Positions 12,701 to 25,373 of a stretch of 64,000 nucleotides of DNA are shown in pieces (positions within the stretch are counted from its first letter, which is position 1; the number at the start of each line of letters is the position of its first letter). The notes beneath the pieces were generated by a model, which saw only the letters and a program-made list of their open reading frames with translations, was not told where the DNA came from and searched no databases. The translations under genes and the position numbers were made by a program. Location: contig JAYWIR010000010.1 in assembly GCA_036172245.1 (NCBI GenBank), positions 1,364,001 to 1,428,000 on the forward strand, read 5' to 3'. The DNA comes from Raillietiella orientalis (lineage: Eukaryota).

Positions 12701-15700
12701 CGTTACGAGTGGACTTTCGCCACGATTTCCGTCGCGTAATACGAAACCGCGTTGTACGGAGCTCTCCCGTACTTATACATATACATATGTATATGGAGCG
12801 AAAAACTTCAAAAGTGACCTTGCGGTACGAATCACTGCATTCGTGGGAACAGACTTCTGCATGCAGAAGACTGTCCTCGTTGCTGCTAGCCCATCCGTGG
12901 ATCGCCTGCCGCCCCATAGACTGGAATGCCTCGCGGCAGGAGACTCTGGAGTGCTCGGCTGCCTCTTTGGAATTGCGCCCGCTGCGGGGTCCCTTACGCA
13001 AACCGGTAGGAGATACCCTGCAGGATTGGACGCAATGGTCCCGGTTAGCGTCGCACTACAGCTCTGTCTGCCCTCAGGGCACGAAATGACAGCAGCCAGC
13101 CGGCGGGGTAGGAGTGCTCCTGCAACATTGCAGGAGTCGAAAAACTCCTGAACGGCTGCAAGACGAGCGAGTTGGTGAACGCCCGCACTCCTCTTCCTGT
13201 GACCTCTCTGAGAGATTGCGAGCCTGTCTTTAGAGTTGAGATCCAGTCGCTCCATCGCGCTCTGGATCTCAACGCGTCTGCGAACTTTCGTATCTTCCGC
13301 TGGCTCCTCGGTGACATCTCCGGCAGTTTTCTTTCACGATTCCTCTCCAATTCGTTCTTTCCGTCGCGGACACGTGGGACAAATTATTGTCAGTTCTCTC
13401 GAAGTCCATGATAAAATACATCCCACTAGCACTGTTACTTCCAGTCTTTTTTCTTTTTTCGTGTTTTCTTTTTTCTTTTGGTTCTCTAAGTACTGAAGAA
13501 CCCTTCGCCTCCTTGGGGAGGGACACACGAAACTCTCTAACACTGTCCTAGCCACCCAATGGTGCACGTGACTCTTCAAGAGTTAGAGGAGGCAACCCGG
13601 AGAGACCACTCTATGAATCCAGGAAGAAGCCCGTTCCTCTTACACTCGGGAGGCAACCCCGAAAGTAACCTTCGCCCTGGTTGCCTCCGAAGGGAATCTC
13701 TTCCTCATTCTCTCCGGAAATACCTCCGAAAGGGGGTCATTCCTTATTCCTTCTCCGAAGGGAACCCAGAAAGGATCCGCGCTCCTGAATTTCCTCTCCG
13801 GTGGGAACTCCCGTTCAGCGGTCAACTTCTGATCCCGGTCGGTCGACCGGAGGCAACCGGAGGCTTCCGGCTTTCATCAGTGCCGCACTCGAAGTCTGTA
13901 GGCCGACCAGCGTCATCCTACGATGGGGGGTAGGGAGGGAAGAAGGGGAGGACTCGAAACCCACGAAGCACCCATTTCTCGGAGTCGGTGCTTCCCCCCG
14001 GTGAAATTCGAACCCGCAACGCTTCGCACCATGCTCTGAGACCGCAGCCGCACGGCCGCCAACGCGGGCAAAAAAAAAAGGGGGAACTAGCCCAGCTACT
14101 ACCGTTTTTCCAGGAGTAATACTTTTAGAAGCACGTGCCAGTGATGCCAAATGAAACGTGTCTGAGATATGCATCTCCATGTAGGAAAGCCCGATTTCGT
14201 TGAAATTTTTTCTTTTTTTTTAACGGCACGCGTCGGCGTTACCTGTACTGCGGACAACCGGTAAACACTCTCCGCTGTCGAAGCTCAAAGTAGCTCGGTG
14301 GTATTCTGGTCGTTCATCCAGCTCGATGTCACCAGTCACCTGGAATACGAACAACTGCCAGAGTTTCGCAATAGAAGCGTTTCGGTTGATCAAGAATTTT
14401 GAATAAAGTGCCCAGAGAGGATGTTCTCATCAAATGGTTGCCAACAAAACGCAATATTCTTGCATTTGTTCCATAAGCAATATACTGTTAATTAGTTTGC
14501 TGCTTTTAGAAAAGAGGCACTTGGTTATTCGATTTTTCCAAGTTGGAGATCAGACACGATCAGTCGGGAATGCAGCGCAACAAAACAAAGAATGCACCAG
14601 AGATTCGTGATGCCCACCACCGATGGCCGAATCACTGCTGCATGCTCTTCTAGCAGTGGGTGTCGAACGCTCGCAGGTTTCGACTTGGGGGACGATGCGC
14701 GAAGAATAGCTCGCAACAGCGCATCCGCTGCAACAGCACTTACTCTTGCCTTGATCTGAAGAGGCTTACATGATGGGTGACCCGACAACGCCCTCAAGGC
14801 GGGCAGCACGAACAAGTAAAAAGTGACCATGCAAGAAACCGGATTTCCGGGCAAAGAGAAAACGAATTTCAGGCGACCTTTATAAATGCACGTGGAGAAC
14901 GTCGTGGGCTTCCTATTTAGGAACCAGGTGGATGTTAATGAAAAGCTGCTGTGCATACCCAGGTTTCATGAAGACGCGCCCAAAGTGAATGCTGGCGTCA
15001 AAGTCCTGAGAAAGCACCTCCTTCAGGAAATCCTGTTCGCCCATGGATACGCTTCCAGAAGTTATTACGACATCATCGTACTCAAAACTTTCCCGAAGGG
15101 ATTCGTATATGCTGTGGGGACTAAAGGAAGGACATGGAAGGTGCCCCTCGAGGATTCGTTACTTGTCTCTTGCGATGCCCCTGTCAGATGCCACGATGCT
15201 TTCCTCTTTCAAGAGGGAAAGCAACACCGTCTTGTTGCAGTCTCGGATCTGAAACGCGCCGGATGGCTGCTCGCATGGGTCCAGCAACTCGTTCCCGGTT
15301 GAAAGCACGCCCACTTTCGGAATGCTGCATCGAGACGGGGTGGGGGTTGAAGACACGAGGCCACAGAAAATTCATTTTTACTCTACCTGAAGATCTTCAC
15401 TTCTGTCACGCCGAAGGTGGCAAGAAGTCCCAAGTCAGCGGGCTTAAGCAATGTATTTTTACACAGGATTTCTTCATTCTGTGCGATGTCAGAACCTCGC
15501 TTCCTTGGAAGGAAAGGGGAATGTGGAACTGACGATTTTTCGGGTTACCGAATGTTTTGTCCAACAGATGGAGCCTTCAAGATTTTGATCTCAATTTCCT
15601 CAGAGTCAGTTTTTTGGATCAGCTCTGTATCTTCCACCTGAACGACAGCATCACATCCTGGAGGGACGGGTGCACCCGTGCTGATCCTTACACACGTGCC

Positions 15701-18700
15701 CGGTACAACCTTTTCTTTTATTACCTGAAGGAAGTTTGTATAAGAGCATTTATAGAGAGGTATAGAAAGGACTGCACCTTTCCTGGAGTCACTGCACCCC
15801 TGACTATCCTTGGTCCGATGCCATCAACCGCTAAAACAGCGTACCCATCCATGATGGAGGCGTCGAAGTCGGGAACCGGATGTGGGGCTATCACAGACTC
15901 TGCCAGAACCCTGTGGAGGGCATCCCTGCTTCGGAATTCGAATCATTCGAAACCTCTCGGCGAAACAGACCGATAGAACACGGATGTTGTGCTGGTCCAT
16001 CTGATGCAGTGGCTCAAGATAAGTTTTTGAGCCTCGTGCACATCAACCAATCTGTAAGGCGACTTCCGCAGACGCTCGGGAGCTGCGGATGGAGTTACTG
16101 AAGATCTTCCTTGCTTTCGATCCGGTAGCTGCATGTTCCCGCGATCATGAAAGAGGGTGCTTAGTCGCTGATGCTCCTTGGCGACATTCGGAGAATCTGC
16201 ACAGATGACATCTATGGCATGGGGTATAGCTGGAAGAACCACCCCGAGACACTCCAAAGCTCCTGAGGGACTTCCAGGAAGGTTTACAATGAGGGTACTT
16301 CCTCGAATTCCGCAGATAGCCCTTCATTTGTGGCATCCGGAGCGTGTAGGAAGGAATTCATGACACGGGAGTGACCCACCTGCTAAGCATTGCCATGGGA
16401 GTTTGTCGCAACGAACCCATGATCATAGCAATGGAGATCCCCGAAGCTTCCTTCTGAACCACTTGCTTCGTTGCCTCGGGAGTAACATCTGCAGCAGCAA
16501 ATCCGGTCCCTCCAGTGGTCAGGATGAGGTGGAGGCGAACAACGTCACACCACTCCAGTAAGATTTTCTGATGGAACATTAATGGAGAGATGAAAAAAAA
16601 GACCCGAGGATGCCATTTCTCGAACGTGTAGGTGTGGAAAACTGCATTTGGCTACTGTACATGCAATTCTGAATCGCATGTACAGTTCACAGACTTCACA
16701 GAGTTGGTTTTCACCCTATTTCGGGGAATACCAATACACATGAGGGGTCTTGGTGACTGCGAGCTGACTCGGCGAATTCAAGTATTTTTTTTTTTTGAAT
16801 AATCGCGAACTTTTGAGAAAAAATCGAGCTCTGTGTTTTTCGTATTGCAGGGCAAACTTTTTCGTTTGTTCGTTTTGGAAAAAAAAAAGTGGGGAATGAA
16901 AGTACATCTGTAGGATTCTCTATCTTGCAGAGTAAAAATAAAAAAGCCAATCCTTACATGCAAAGCTTTTCAAGACCAATTTAAGAAGCGCACCCACCCG
17001 ACTCCGGAGAAAACTCCTGAGATGAGTCTCCAGAGATGCCAGAATTATCAGTAAACGACGTGATTTTCAATCCGATGCAAGAGTGCGCGAAGACAAATAC
17101 CTACGGAACATCTGCACCCACGAGCGTATTCTAATGAAGCCATGTCAAAAGCTATCCTTTCACATACACGCAAACAAGTGCGAAGTTGGTACCGCGCAGT
17201 GCCATGTCGTGAAGGCGAGAGAGGACCGCAAAGCACATCCCTGGACGGTACAGAAGAACAAGCGGAACCCTCGGGATCAATGTGAGTAACGATGGAGACC
17301 GACACGTGGAGAAAAGACAAGTTGGCAAAGGCGAGGAAGGATCAGGCACTGAGCGTGCTGTCCGATCGAATCGGAGTCGGTTCCCATCGCACAGACGGTG
17401 ACTCCCATGTAACACGACGGGCACAGGTCACGGAGAGCTTACATGTATGCCAACCGTATGCAGCATTAAAGGTTGGTAGTGGTGCTCTTGTTTACGACAA
17501 GGATGCACCCCAAATCTCGGTCTTTCTTGCAGTAGAGATACCATACGCATGCTGCGATGCGACGCAGTACAGCGCACAGCGTTGAGGCTCGTCAAATGAC
17601 TCTGCTTTTCCGAAAGGCCTGCATGGAAATGCTACAGTCATATGCAGGACAAAGCAACGAAGGCAGAACGAGAAAGGACGCAAAAAAAAAAAGGATCGAT
17701 GATCACGCAAAGAGACTGGTTTTTACATTGCACAGTGAAATCGAAGGAGTCATCACGAAGACAACCAGAGAAACTGTTCGTCCTTAATGAGTGCAAGTTG
17801 ACCATTAGCAGTTTCGTGTCCTCGTAATCCACTGGACTGCCACAGGTCGAAAAGGTCACCGTGGTTGTGCAAGGGCGGGCGTCCGCGTGGGGAAATCGAG
17901 AGAGCGGACCGATCGTGAAATGCACTTGTAATCGGCTGTGTGAGGAATGGTGAGAAAGAAATTGGAACCCAAAACGTGCACGTTCAAGGCTCGGAAGGTT
18001 GCATCTGACGCGATGGGTCGTAGACACAGCTCCATCTGGATCCTGGGATCCAACTTCTCCAGGCTTGCATCTGCGAGGTGCTGTGTCAACATGTTTTTTT
18101 TTTTTATAGGAACATGGAGATCTAATCCAGTGAACCCGATTGCAACAGCAGCACTCTCCATGAATTCCTTCCCAGCTGCATTTCATTAAAGGCTGCCGTT
18201 ACAAGTTACATACGACGATTTGCAACAGCTGCATTTCCATGCATGCGTTCTCGCTGTCGCTCCCTCAGAGAAACGGTGTTCATAAACTGGTGAAAATAGT
18301 GCTGTGAAAAACTGATTACTTTTAATAGCGCCCAGTTATTGCTCAATGCTGTTACAACATTGATAAGGATTCTGTTTTCCTGTTACATACCCGCTTGCAA
18401 GTGCACAGGGGTTCGAAGCAGCTTCAGAACTTGCGAAACTTGTAATATGAAAATCATGTTACAGATCAAGCGCCAAAGAAAGGCAGCTAAAAGCATTTTT
18501 GCACTGAATACAGCAATGCTAGTAAATGAGGTGTCACAGAAAGAGACCTGTAGCCAATAATTTCTTGCTATCTCTAGCATAACATATGATATAAAACTCT
18601 CGAGAAAACCACCGTGCATTTTCGTCTTTCGGTCCGATGACATTTTCCGGCAATGGAAGCCAGCAACTCTCGTCCCTGATGGGACTCTGCAAATCGATGA

Positions 18701-21700
18701 TTGAGATCAGCAACGAAAAACGTGGAAGCCAAACGATCTCACTTTCGCGTGTTCCGACCCAGTCCTACGAAATGTTGACGAGGGAATTACTGATCACCGG
18801 TATCGAAACGGGTGAAGGCACGCCGCAGCAGGTCACGACTATTGACCCGTTGCAAGAGCTGCAACTGGTACACCTTCGGTGCGAAGCCTCCCATCTTCCG
18901 GAAAATCATTGGATATGGGGCAGTAACTTCGCGAACATCCCGAAGCTTCGATTTCTAAGATTTTCCTTTTTTGTTTAGACCATTTTCGAGCTTTGGACTG
19001 CTTGTACTGGCATCCCACTCTCCTAACTATTTTCAAGCAACCAAAGACGAAGTGCCGCGCCTGGCACACTCACAGGCAAAACCGACTGATAGAAAGGAAT
19101 TCTTCGCTGAATTTGATGTGGAATCTTCTGACCAAAAATATGAGTACCCTGTGTTTATTCCAGAAAGCAGGCCACTTCTGACTACGCTAAACAAAGAGGG
19201 AAAACCAAACGAGAATCTCAAAGCTGCACAGATGTTGTTCCAAAGATCATTCGTCATGCCTCAAACAAGACGCATAAAGAGACAAAATTCCAAAATGATG
19301 AATCATGAAGTCTCTGAATCTGAATCACCCTGAATAACGAACACGAAGCAATACAGCATCCACGCAAATCTTCAGATAAGAAATCACATCACCATCTTCG
19401 TTGCCACCCTGTATCTTTTCCTTCATCCAATTCAAGCTTCTTCTTCCTACCCACAGGTAAAGAAGTAGGTGAACTAACAATCATTACTTCATCCAAAGCA
19501 TTTATCTCAGGATGGCCTGTCTCGCGATACGCACGATCAGCAGTAGGAGCTTGAATTAGCATTGCTATGTTGACCAGCGTCTCCTAGGTCAGTTCTCCTG
19601 TTCCATAAAATAACGCTCCCTCACCATTTCACCCTCACTGTCACGTGAACGTGCAGAGAATAGGTTTTGGAAGCTCAGGAAAGTAGGTTTTCCTTTTAAC
19701 TTCTCAACAGCTCAGCAAAAGTCGCTTTTCTGGGATCAAGTAGCCTTTTTCGGGAACGTTCCAGAATGACGGATGGAAATATACATGTAAAGGAGGCAGA
19801 AGACTTGCATTCTTTGGTTTTAAGGAAACATGTACATGTGTTGAACTGTAGCTACGTGAAAAGCGTATAGCAAAGCATTAAATCACAAATGTCTGTTACC
19901 ACTTCTGTGAAAGCAACAGAACTCAGTCTGGAAGGGCATACGAGAAGAGCAAATTATTCCCGTGACATTACACTGATTCACTTTCCAGAGATTAGATGCA
20001 CTACCCGAGCGCTCGTATCTCAACATGCGCAAGCGGGAAAAGACAAATAAAAAAAAACACAAGACGTGGTTTGCAAATGGATGGAGATTTGGTCAGTATG
20101 CCATTTCATTGCTCCATAGCACCTTCATTTCGTCTCTATCGAAGAAACATGCGATCTTAAAGTTAAGCCTCACTCCCCTCCAAATACAACGGCCACTTCG
20201 TTGTGAACAGCAGATATGAAGCCACACCTTCATTTTTGTAGTTTCATCTAGCAAACGGTTAGATCATGTACACACTCCAGCTAGTCCCGTAAAGCAAGGC
20301 TAGCTAATGTTCACATCCTACACCCAAAGCTCCAGCTACAAAGTCAGGTTTATTATGGAAACCATTCTCTGGTCGCTGTTGATCTTCCCGAGTCATGTTC
20401 ATCTCTCCTGCCGTACGGCGTCGTTCATATTTAAATGAATTCAAACTAATTACCATTTCCATAAAGCGTCCCAGAAACTAGAGGCAGTAACTTGGAAGCA
20501 TGAGAAAGAAGAAAACAGCTTTCTTTTTCTCTGCATCTAGAACAGACAACAGAGCAGAAACGACTCCATCGGTTCCTGGCTCCATTTTATGATCTTGTCT
20601 TGTGGGAGCATCCTCTAGGCACAAGCTGCAAAGTTGGGCGAAACAAGAGTTTTGGTTTCGTAACTTCTTTGTTTAAAGATGCACAGCTGGACCCAGTGAT
20701 GGTTGTGAATCAGCCCCAAGCACCACGTCATCCGCCCTCGTGATCCATTCTACCGATTAGAAATTTGTTCATGGTAACGTAAGATAGCGGAGCACGACGA
20801 TAAGCAAAACATAGCAGTCACTGCCTGTTAAAAACCTCAATAGAATTTACACCTTCCATCCTTACTGTCTTTGATTTAGGACGCGTGCCAAGGTGAATCA
20901 TTGCTTGTCTGGCGTTATCTATTTGGCTGAAAAAGGTTCCTATTCCTTCAAGGCGAATCCATTCGAAATTCGTCAACTTTTTGGAGGAAAAAAAAAAAAT
21001 TCCAAGGTCACATTTGCCGGACAGATTCGAATATCCGCTCATTCCATAAGCTTTCGTTCGCTCAAATCGGACTTCCTTTTTTTTTTTTTTTTTTTTTTTT
21101 TCTAATTCCCGGAATTTCACTCCGAGAGTACGCGCTTCACGCGCGAAGAATTCGCCCGATCGCACTCCAATGTGACTAACAACTTCTTCGGCACAACGGG
21201 GAGCCACGGTCAGATTCAGTGGCACCGGAACTTTGCTCGAGTTGGCTTCTTTCGTGCCAACACAGCGAAAGCAACGAACCGTTAGTGCACTTCACATTCG
21301 GAATCCTCAAGATCCTCATCCCTTTTTCAAAGGATGCTACGGTTTTCTTTGCAAAAAGGATAATTCGGTGATCACTTCTTGGTACTCTCACGCAAGAGAT
21401 ATCTTTGTGGATGCTGCCGTACCAGAGGAATGTGAGCAAAGCTCGTGGAAAACAGATTCGGATTCACGCCCTGCGTGTCCAGCACAATTGCAGTCTGAAG
21501 AATGCACGGAAAATAGAAAGTGAGGAGACAAAAGGTACAGTGAACACCAATTACCTAAGGAGTCAGTTTCATCTTGCGACTTAACAACTACTACGTGTCT
21601 TGGCAAGTTCCAAGTTACGTTGGGACAGCCTTACACCGCAAGAAGCAGATTGGAAACCTGCTGTTCCTTCTGGTCTTATAGACCGAGATGTGAGGAAATT

Positions 21701-24654
21701 TCGGTTATTTGAAGTGGATTTTCCCTATGTTCCCAAAACGTAATAACAACTTTGTGCTAAGATAGGGAAGACTGGGCTCCTATCATCTGTGACCCGGCCG
21801 TTATGTTGCCTATACAGTCTTCCGTATCGTGTTGCAGCCATTGCAACAGAAACTCAAAGCGCAGTTAGAATACATCACAACGACCTCTGAGTAAAAATGT
21901 TTCTTTAGTGGACTAGAAGCTTGCTGCAAATCGGTGTTCGCTCTCTGTTTTTGGAAGAATTTGCAAAAATTGGCACAGGATTTGTACAAACGCGACCTCT
22001 GAACGACACCTGAAAAGCGAGCGTTTTTCACACTTGGGTGTATTTCTTGTTGATGAGAGATAAATTTACAGGATTTCGGATGGAGCTGTGGAAAAACTCA
22101 CCTGGATCAATTCCACTTCATCAGCAACAGTAGCTCGCTTTACAACACGGCTTCTGCTTAGCTTTGACTCGATGTCCATCACAACAGATGGTCCACTGCG
22201 GTCGGAGGACTCATTTTTGGCGCAGGACGTGCTTACTAAATCACAATTTCGTAAAAATATGCATGTCACATTCATCATGAGTACAATGGCAATTAACTCA
22301 CAAGACTTTGAACAACAGGAAGACAAATATTTTGTTTTCATAACTTATTTTTCTCCGCATTTGGAGAATATTTGAAATACATATCATTTCCTATCATATA
22401 CAATTTCTATGATGTGGAATGTAAACAAAGTTAAGCGGTAAAAAAAAAAAAAAAAAAAAAAAAACTCCACCTGGTGCAAGAAAATGAAGACATCAAAAAA
22501 GAAGAACAAAAATATGTGATAAACCAGAGAAAGCTAATGCCAGCAAGCTGCCAGGTATCCAAGCAGCTGTTGCAAAATATCAAAGAGTGGACAGAAATCG
22601 GTCGCCCAAGCCCTAGCAGTGAAGAGTGATGTTCAAATCGAATTATGATTTTCCTTCGTCATTACTGTTTGAAAGAAGCACAATTTTTTTTTTTTTTCAT
22701 ATCCCAAAGATCCCATGTTGATGTCGGGAAGGATTTTCAAAGAAACCATCGTACGATTATTGTGATTTATTTCCTCAGCATCCAGCTCCGCAATTTTCTA
22801 CGTGACGCACAGTTTGAGACCAACTATTCTTAAAACTGCAGCTTCCTCACAGTAAACATACATACATAATCATTACATGAACATTTTTCGTTTCTCGCTT
22901 TCCTTCTTCAGCGGATGAAAGGCTCTAACCACACCGCAATTGAAGGGCACGTTCCAAAGCATCCACTTCCATGCATTCGTCTGCGTCATAAGTACACAGC
23001 TGAACACTTGTTCCTGAGTTTTTCACATTGTCCATGTGTTCTGAATTCTGAGCAAAGAAAAGCTGCGAGCAAGAACTGCGACCCCGGCTGTGGACTCCCC
23101 TGCTTTCAGCTGCACTGACCACCATTTCCCCAATAAGGACGATTTCCACGATCCAAAGAACAGCCTTTATCCGGTAGGAAGATTTAACACGAGCGATGGA
23201 AGGATTCAGCCACTTGTGCACCAACAGTTCTCAGAAGTTGCTTTGTCCTTAGCAGGCACGCAGCCATAAGGAAGGATTTGAATTCACCTGGAGGCCGAGC
23301 ACAGACGACTTTGGAGCAATGGCCATCACCTACTGAAGGTTCGGTGGGAATGGACGAACGCCGTCAAGACGCTCGGAAAATACTAATTACATGTAAAGAA
23401 AAACAAGAACCGGTCTATTATGCTTTCAAGAGTTTTGCACCCGTTCGCAACAAATCAGGAAATGAGAAGAGCAAGCACTCCGATTTTAAGGCCGGAAAAG
23501 GAATTGGTTGATATCACTTCATAGGTAAGACAATCCAAGAACCGAAAGTAGAATTCTTAGATATGAAATTCTTTGAATGAACGGGAATTTGCTGGGGGGG
23601 GGGGGGGGGGGGAAGGGCAAAAGGCCTGAAAACAACAAACCGGAAATAAGAACGTGGAATACCTGTCGAAGAAATAATCCCTGAAACCAATTAAAAGTTC
23701 TGAAAGAAAAATTAAGAATCACAAATACTGATTAAAGGCAATTCGCAGTGTAAAAGTGATGGGAAACATTTTCCAATGCTTGTAAACAGCCAACTTTAAA
23801 ATCGTCTCCAACAGGAAAAGGAAGACTATAAAAAAAAAAGACACTGCAACAACAACATTTTCGGAAAGGAAGAAATATTCTAGTCCGAAATTTTTGCAAA
23901 ATTATCAAAAAATATCAGATGACTTTGAAAATTTTCCACACTTCTTAGGAAAGGTCCCCCGGCTACCGCCTGCCAGCACACCTCTTCCCGATACAACCGA
24001 GTGTTCCCCTGGCAGGCTCCCAGAAAGTCTTCACCCACGGGTCAATGAGGCCTCTGCAACCTCCATGAAGGGAACCGACTGGTACTCCAGAAGGGTTTCT
24101 CTGTGGGCAGACCTGTCGCTTCCTGCAGCTCCTGGCTCCACAAGCGCGACAGCGAAAACGTGCAAAAATCCATTCAAGTCATGTAAGTAATGATGCATGA
24201 AAAACAACGTGCGTCCAATGTACGGAAGTCCCCCCCCCCCCTTCCATTCCATTCCACGCCATGGGAAGGATCGCGGATCAGCGTGCATCGCACGGTTCTC
24301 AACTCTTGCAATACGATTCGGTACCAACTTCTCTTTTGAATAGTAAGGTTTTTCTCGTTTTCCGTTTTACTTTTCCCGCAAATCCATTTTTATGTTGCTT
24401 ACTAACGTGTGTGCTCATTACAAGTTTCTCTCTCTCTTTTTTTTTTCTTTCTTCCGGGAAGAAACAAACAAAACAAATGCTACAATTCGTGTGGAGCACG
24501 AATTCGAGCACTTCGTCTGTATTGCGACTTTGCATCACCGTCCGATCAAACGGTACTTCGCGTGTACGAAAATCGACTGGAAGGCAGCAGGAAAAGAAAT
24601 TTTTCAAAATGGGTAAGCATTACCTGTTAACACACCAACACGGATGTCTTGCAT
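9795..24654 (-). CDS. GPHN: Gephyrin / cinnamon: molybdenum cofactor synthesis protein (MogA-like G domain + MoeA-like E domain), 12 exons, 621 aa
   Basis: Exons: 24654-24624, 22235-22102, 16567-16380, 16321-15971, 15925-15778, 15724-15549, 15503-15387, 15324-15163, 15120-14959, 14912-14744, 14339-14243, 9925-9795. All introns are GT-AG, phases are consistent, total 1866 nt. Motifs: [118 protein letters not shown]. Confidence 0.95.
10033..10061. repeat. A-run plus (CA)n microsatellite
   Basis: Directly visible aaaaaaaaacacacacacacacacacaca within gephyrin intron 11. Confidence 0.9.
10560..11500 (-). mobile_element. Degraded I/Nimb/Jockey-like non-LTR ORF1 relic in gephyrin intron 11
   Basis: Collinear minus-strand pieces [39 protein letters not shown] and YTLIEAR match the motif order of I-group ORF1 proteins. 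Many disablements. Confidence 0.5.
12217..12771. mobile_element. Tigger-derived MITE-like element
   Basis: The left end cagtaagctcccgtataaagcgaggg and the right end ccgcgttgtacggagctctcccg-TA are imperfect inverted repeats. The left end also resembles the reverse complement of the Tigger end at 5577-5611. Confidence 0.5.
12796..13350 (-). mobile_element. Possible RLE-type (R2/NeSL-like) non-LTR C-terminal relic
   Basis: Minus-strand pieces in order: W..W..TL....[23 protein letters not shown] (cf. LPTxxRxxRGR) and [15 protein letters not shown] (cf. HILQxCxxTxxxRIxRH of the R2 CCHC region). Frameshifted. Confidence 0.4.
13446..14069 (-). mobile_element. tRNA-derived SINE, copy 1
   Basis: Minus-strand head gcccgcgttggcggccgtgcgg...gcgggttcgaat (A- and B-box-like), body homologous to 52800-53739, terminal ggttct...agaacc stem, then an A-rich tail. 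Confidence 0.75.
20330..21600 (-). mobile_element. Second decayed L1/Tx1-like ORF2 relic in gephyrin intron 2
   Basis: Collinear minus-strand motifs: RSDHRIILF (APE end), [25 protein letters not shown] (linker), [17 protein letters not shown] (cf. KSPGPDG) and QRMVSIINL (cf. RPISLLN). Confidence 0.6.
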
Positions 24655-25373
24655 TTCGACTCGGTTCGTGCAGATGTGACACTTGGCTTACCCACTCGCG
24701 CGCCCCATGGCAGAAATGTTGCCAATTCTCGCGAGGACGACCGGCGGTCTTTAAATGTCGCTGACATGCACGGGAAGTGTCCTTAATTCCACATTTGCCG
24801 CCCAGAAATGTGTGTACACAAGTGAAAAGTTTCAGTGCATGCTCCAAGAAGCAACGGTTTGAAACTTACCTTTGAAATGGAAGGAAAAGAATTGCTATGC
24901 ACGTATGCTTTTTAAAGTTTGGATTTCCGGTATATTTTTCATGATTGAATGCCTTCGTTTGGCCTTTGCAAGGTATAAACGTGCCTTTGCAAATATTCAA
25001 GTGTTTCACATGCCGAAAATTGTAAAGGTTAAGCAAATTTTCGTAACCCACGAGTCTGACTTTAATCAAATCCTTATTTATCCTTTCAGTATATGCCTCT
25101 GAGTGCCTGACCAGCTTCCATAACTACAACAGTGAATTTGTTGTTTGCCCACAAGATTATGATCAAACTAATGAAAATTGCAGTCATTTTTGTGGATTAA
25201 ATAGCAATTGATTTTCTATGTAGAAACAACCTTCCTGAGATGCAAAAAAATTGTGATTTAAATTGGAATCAGAATTTCACATAAGTATTTGTTTCCGTGA
25301 GTGTCTGATCAAGAGCCATTATGAATTAAATAACCACTTACCAATTGTAATTTTAATTTACGTTGTGAAATAA

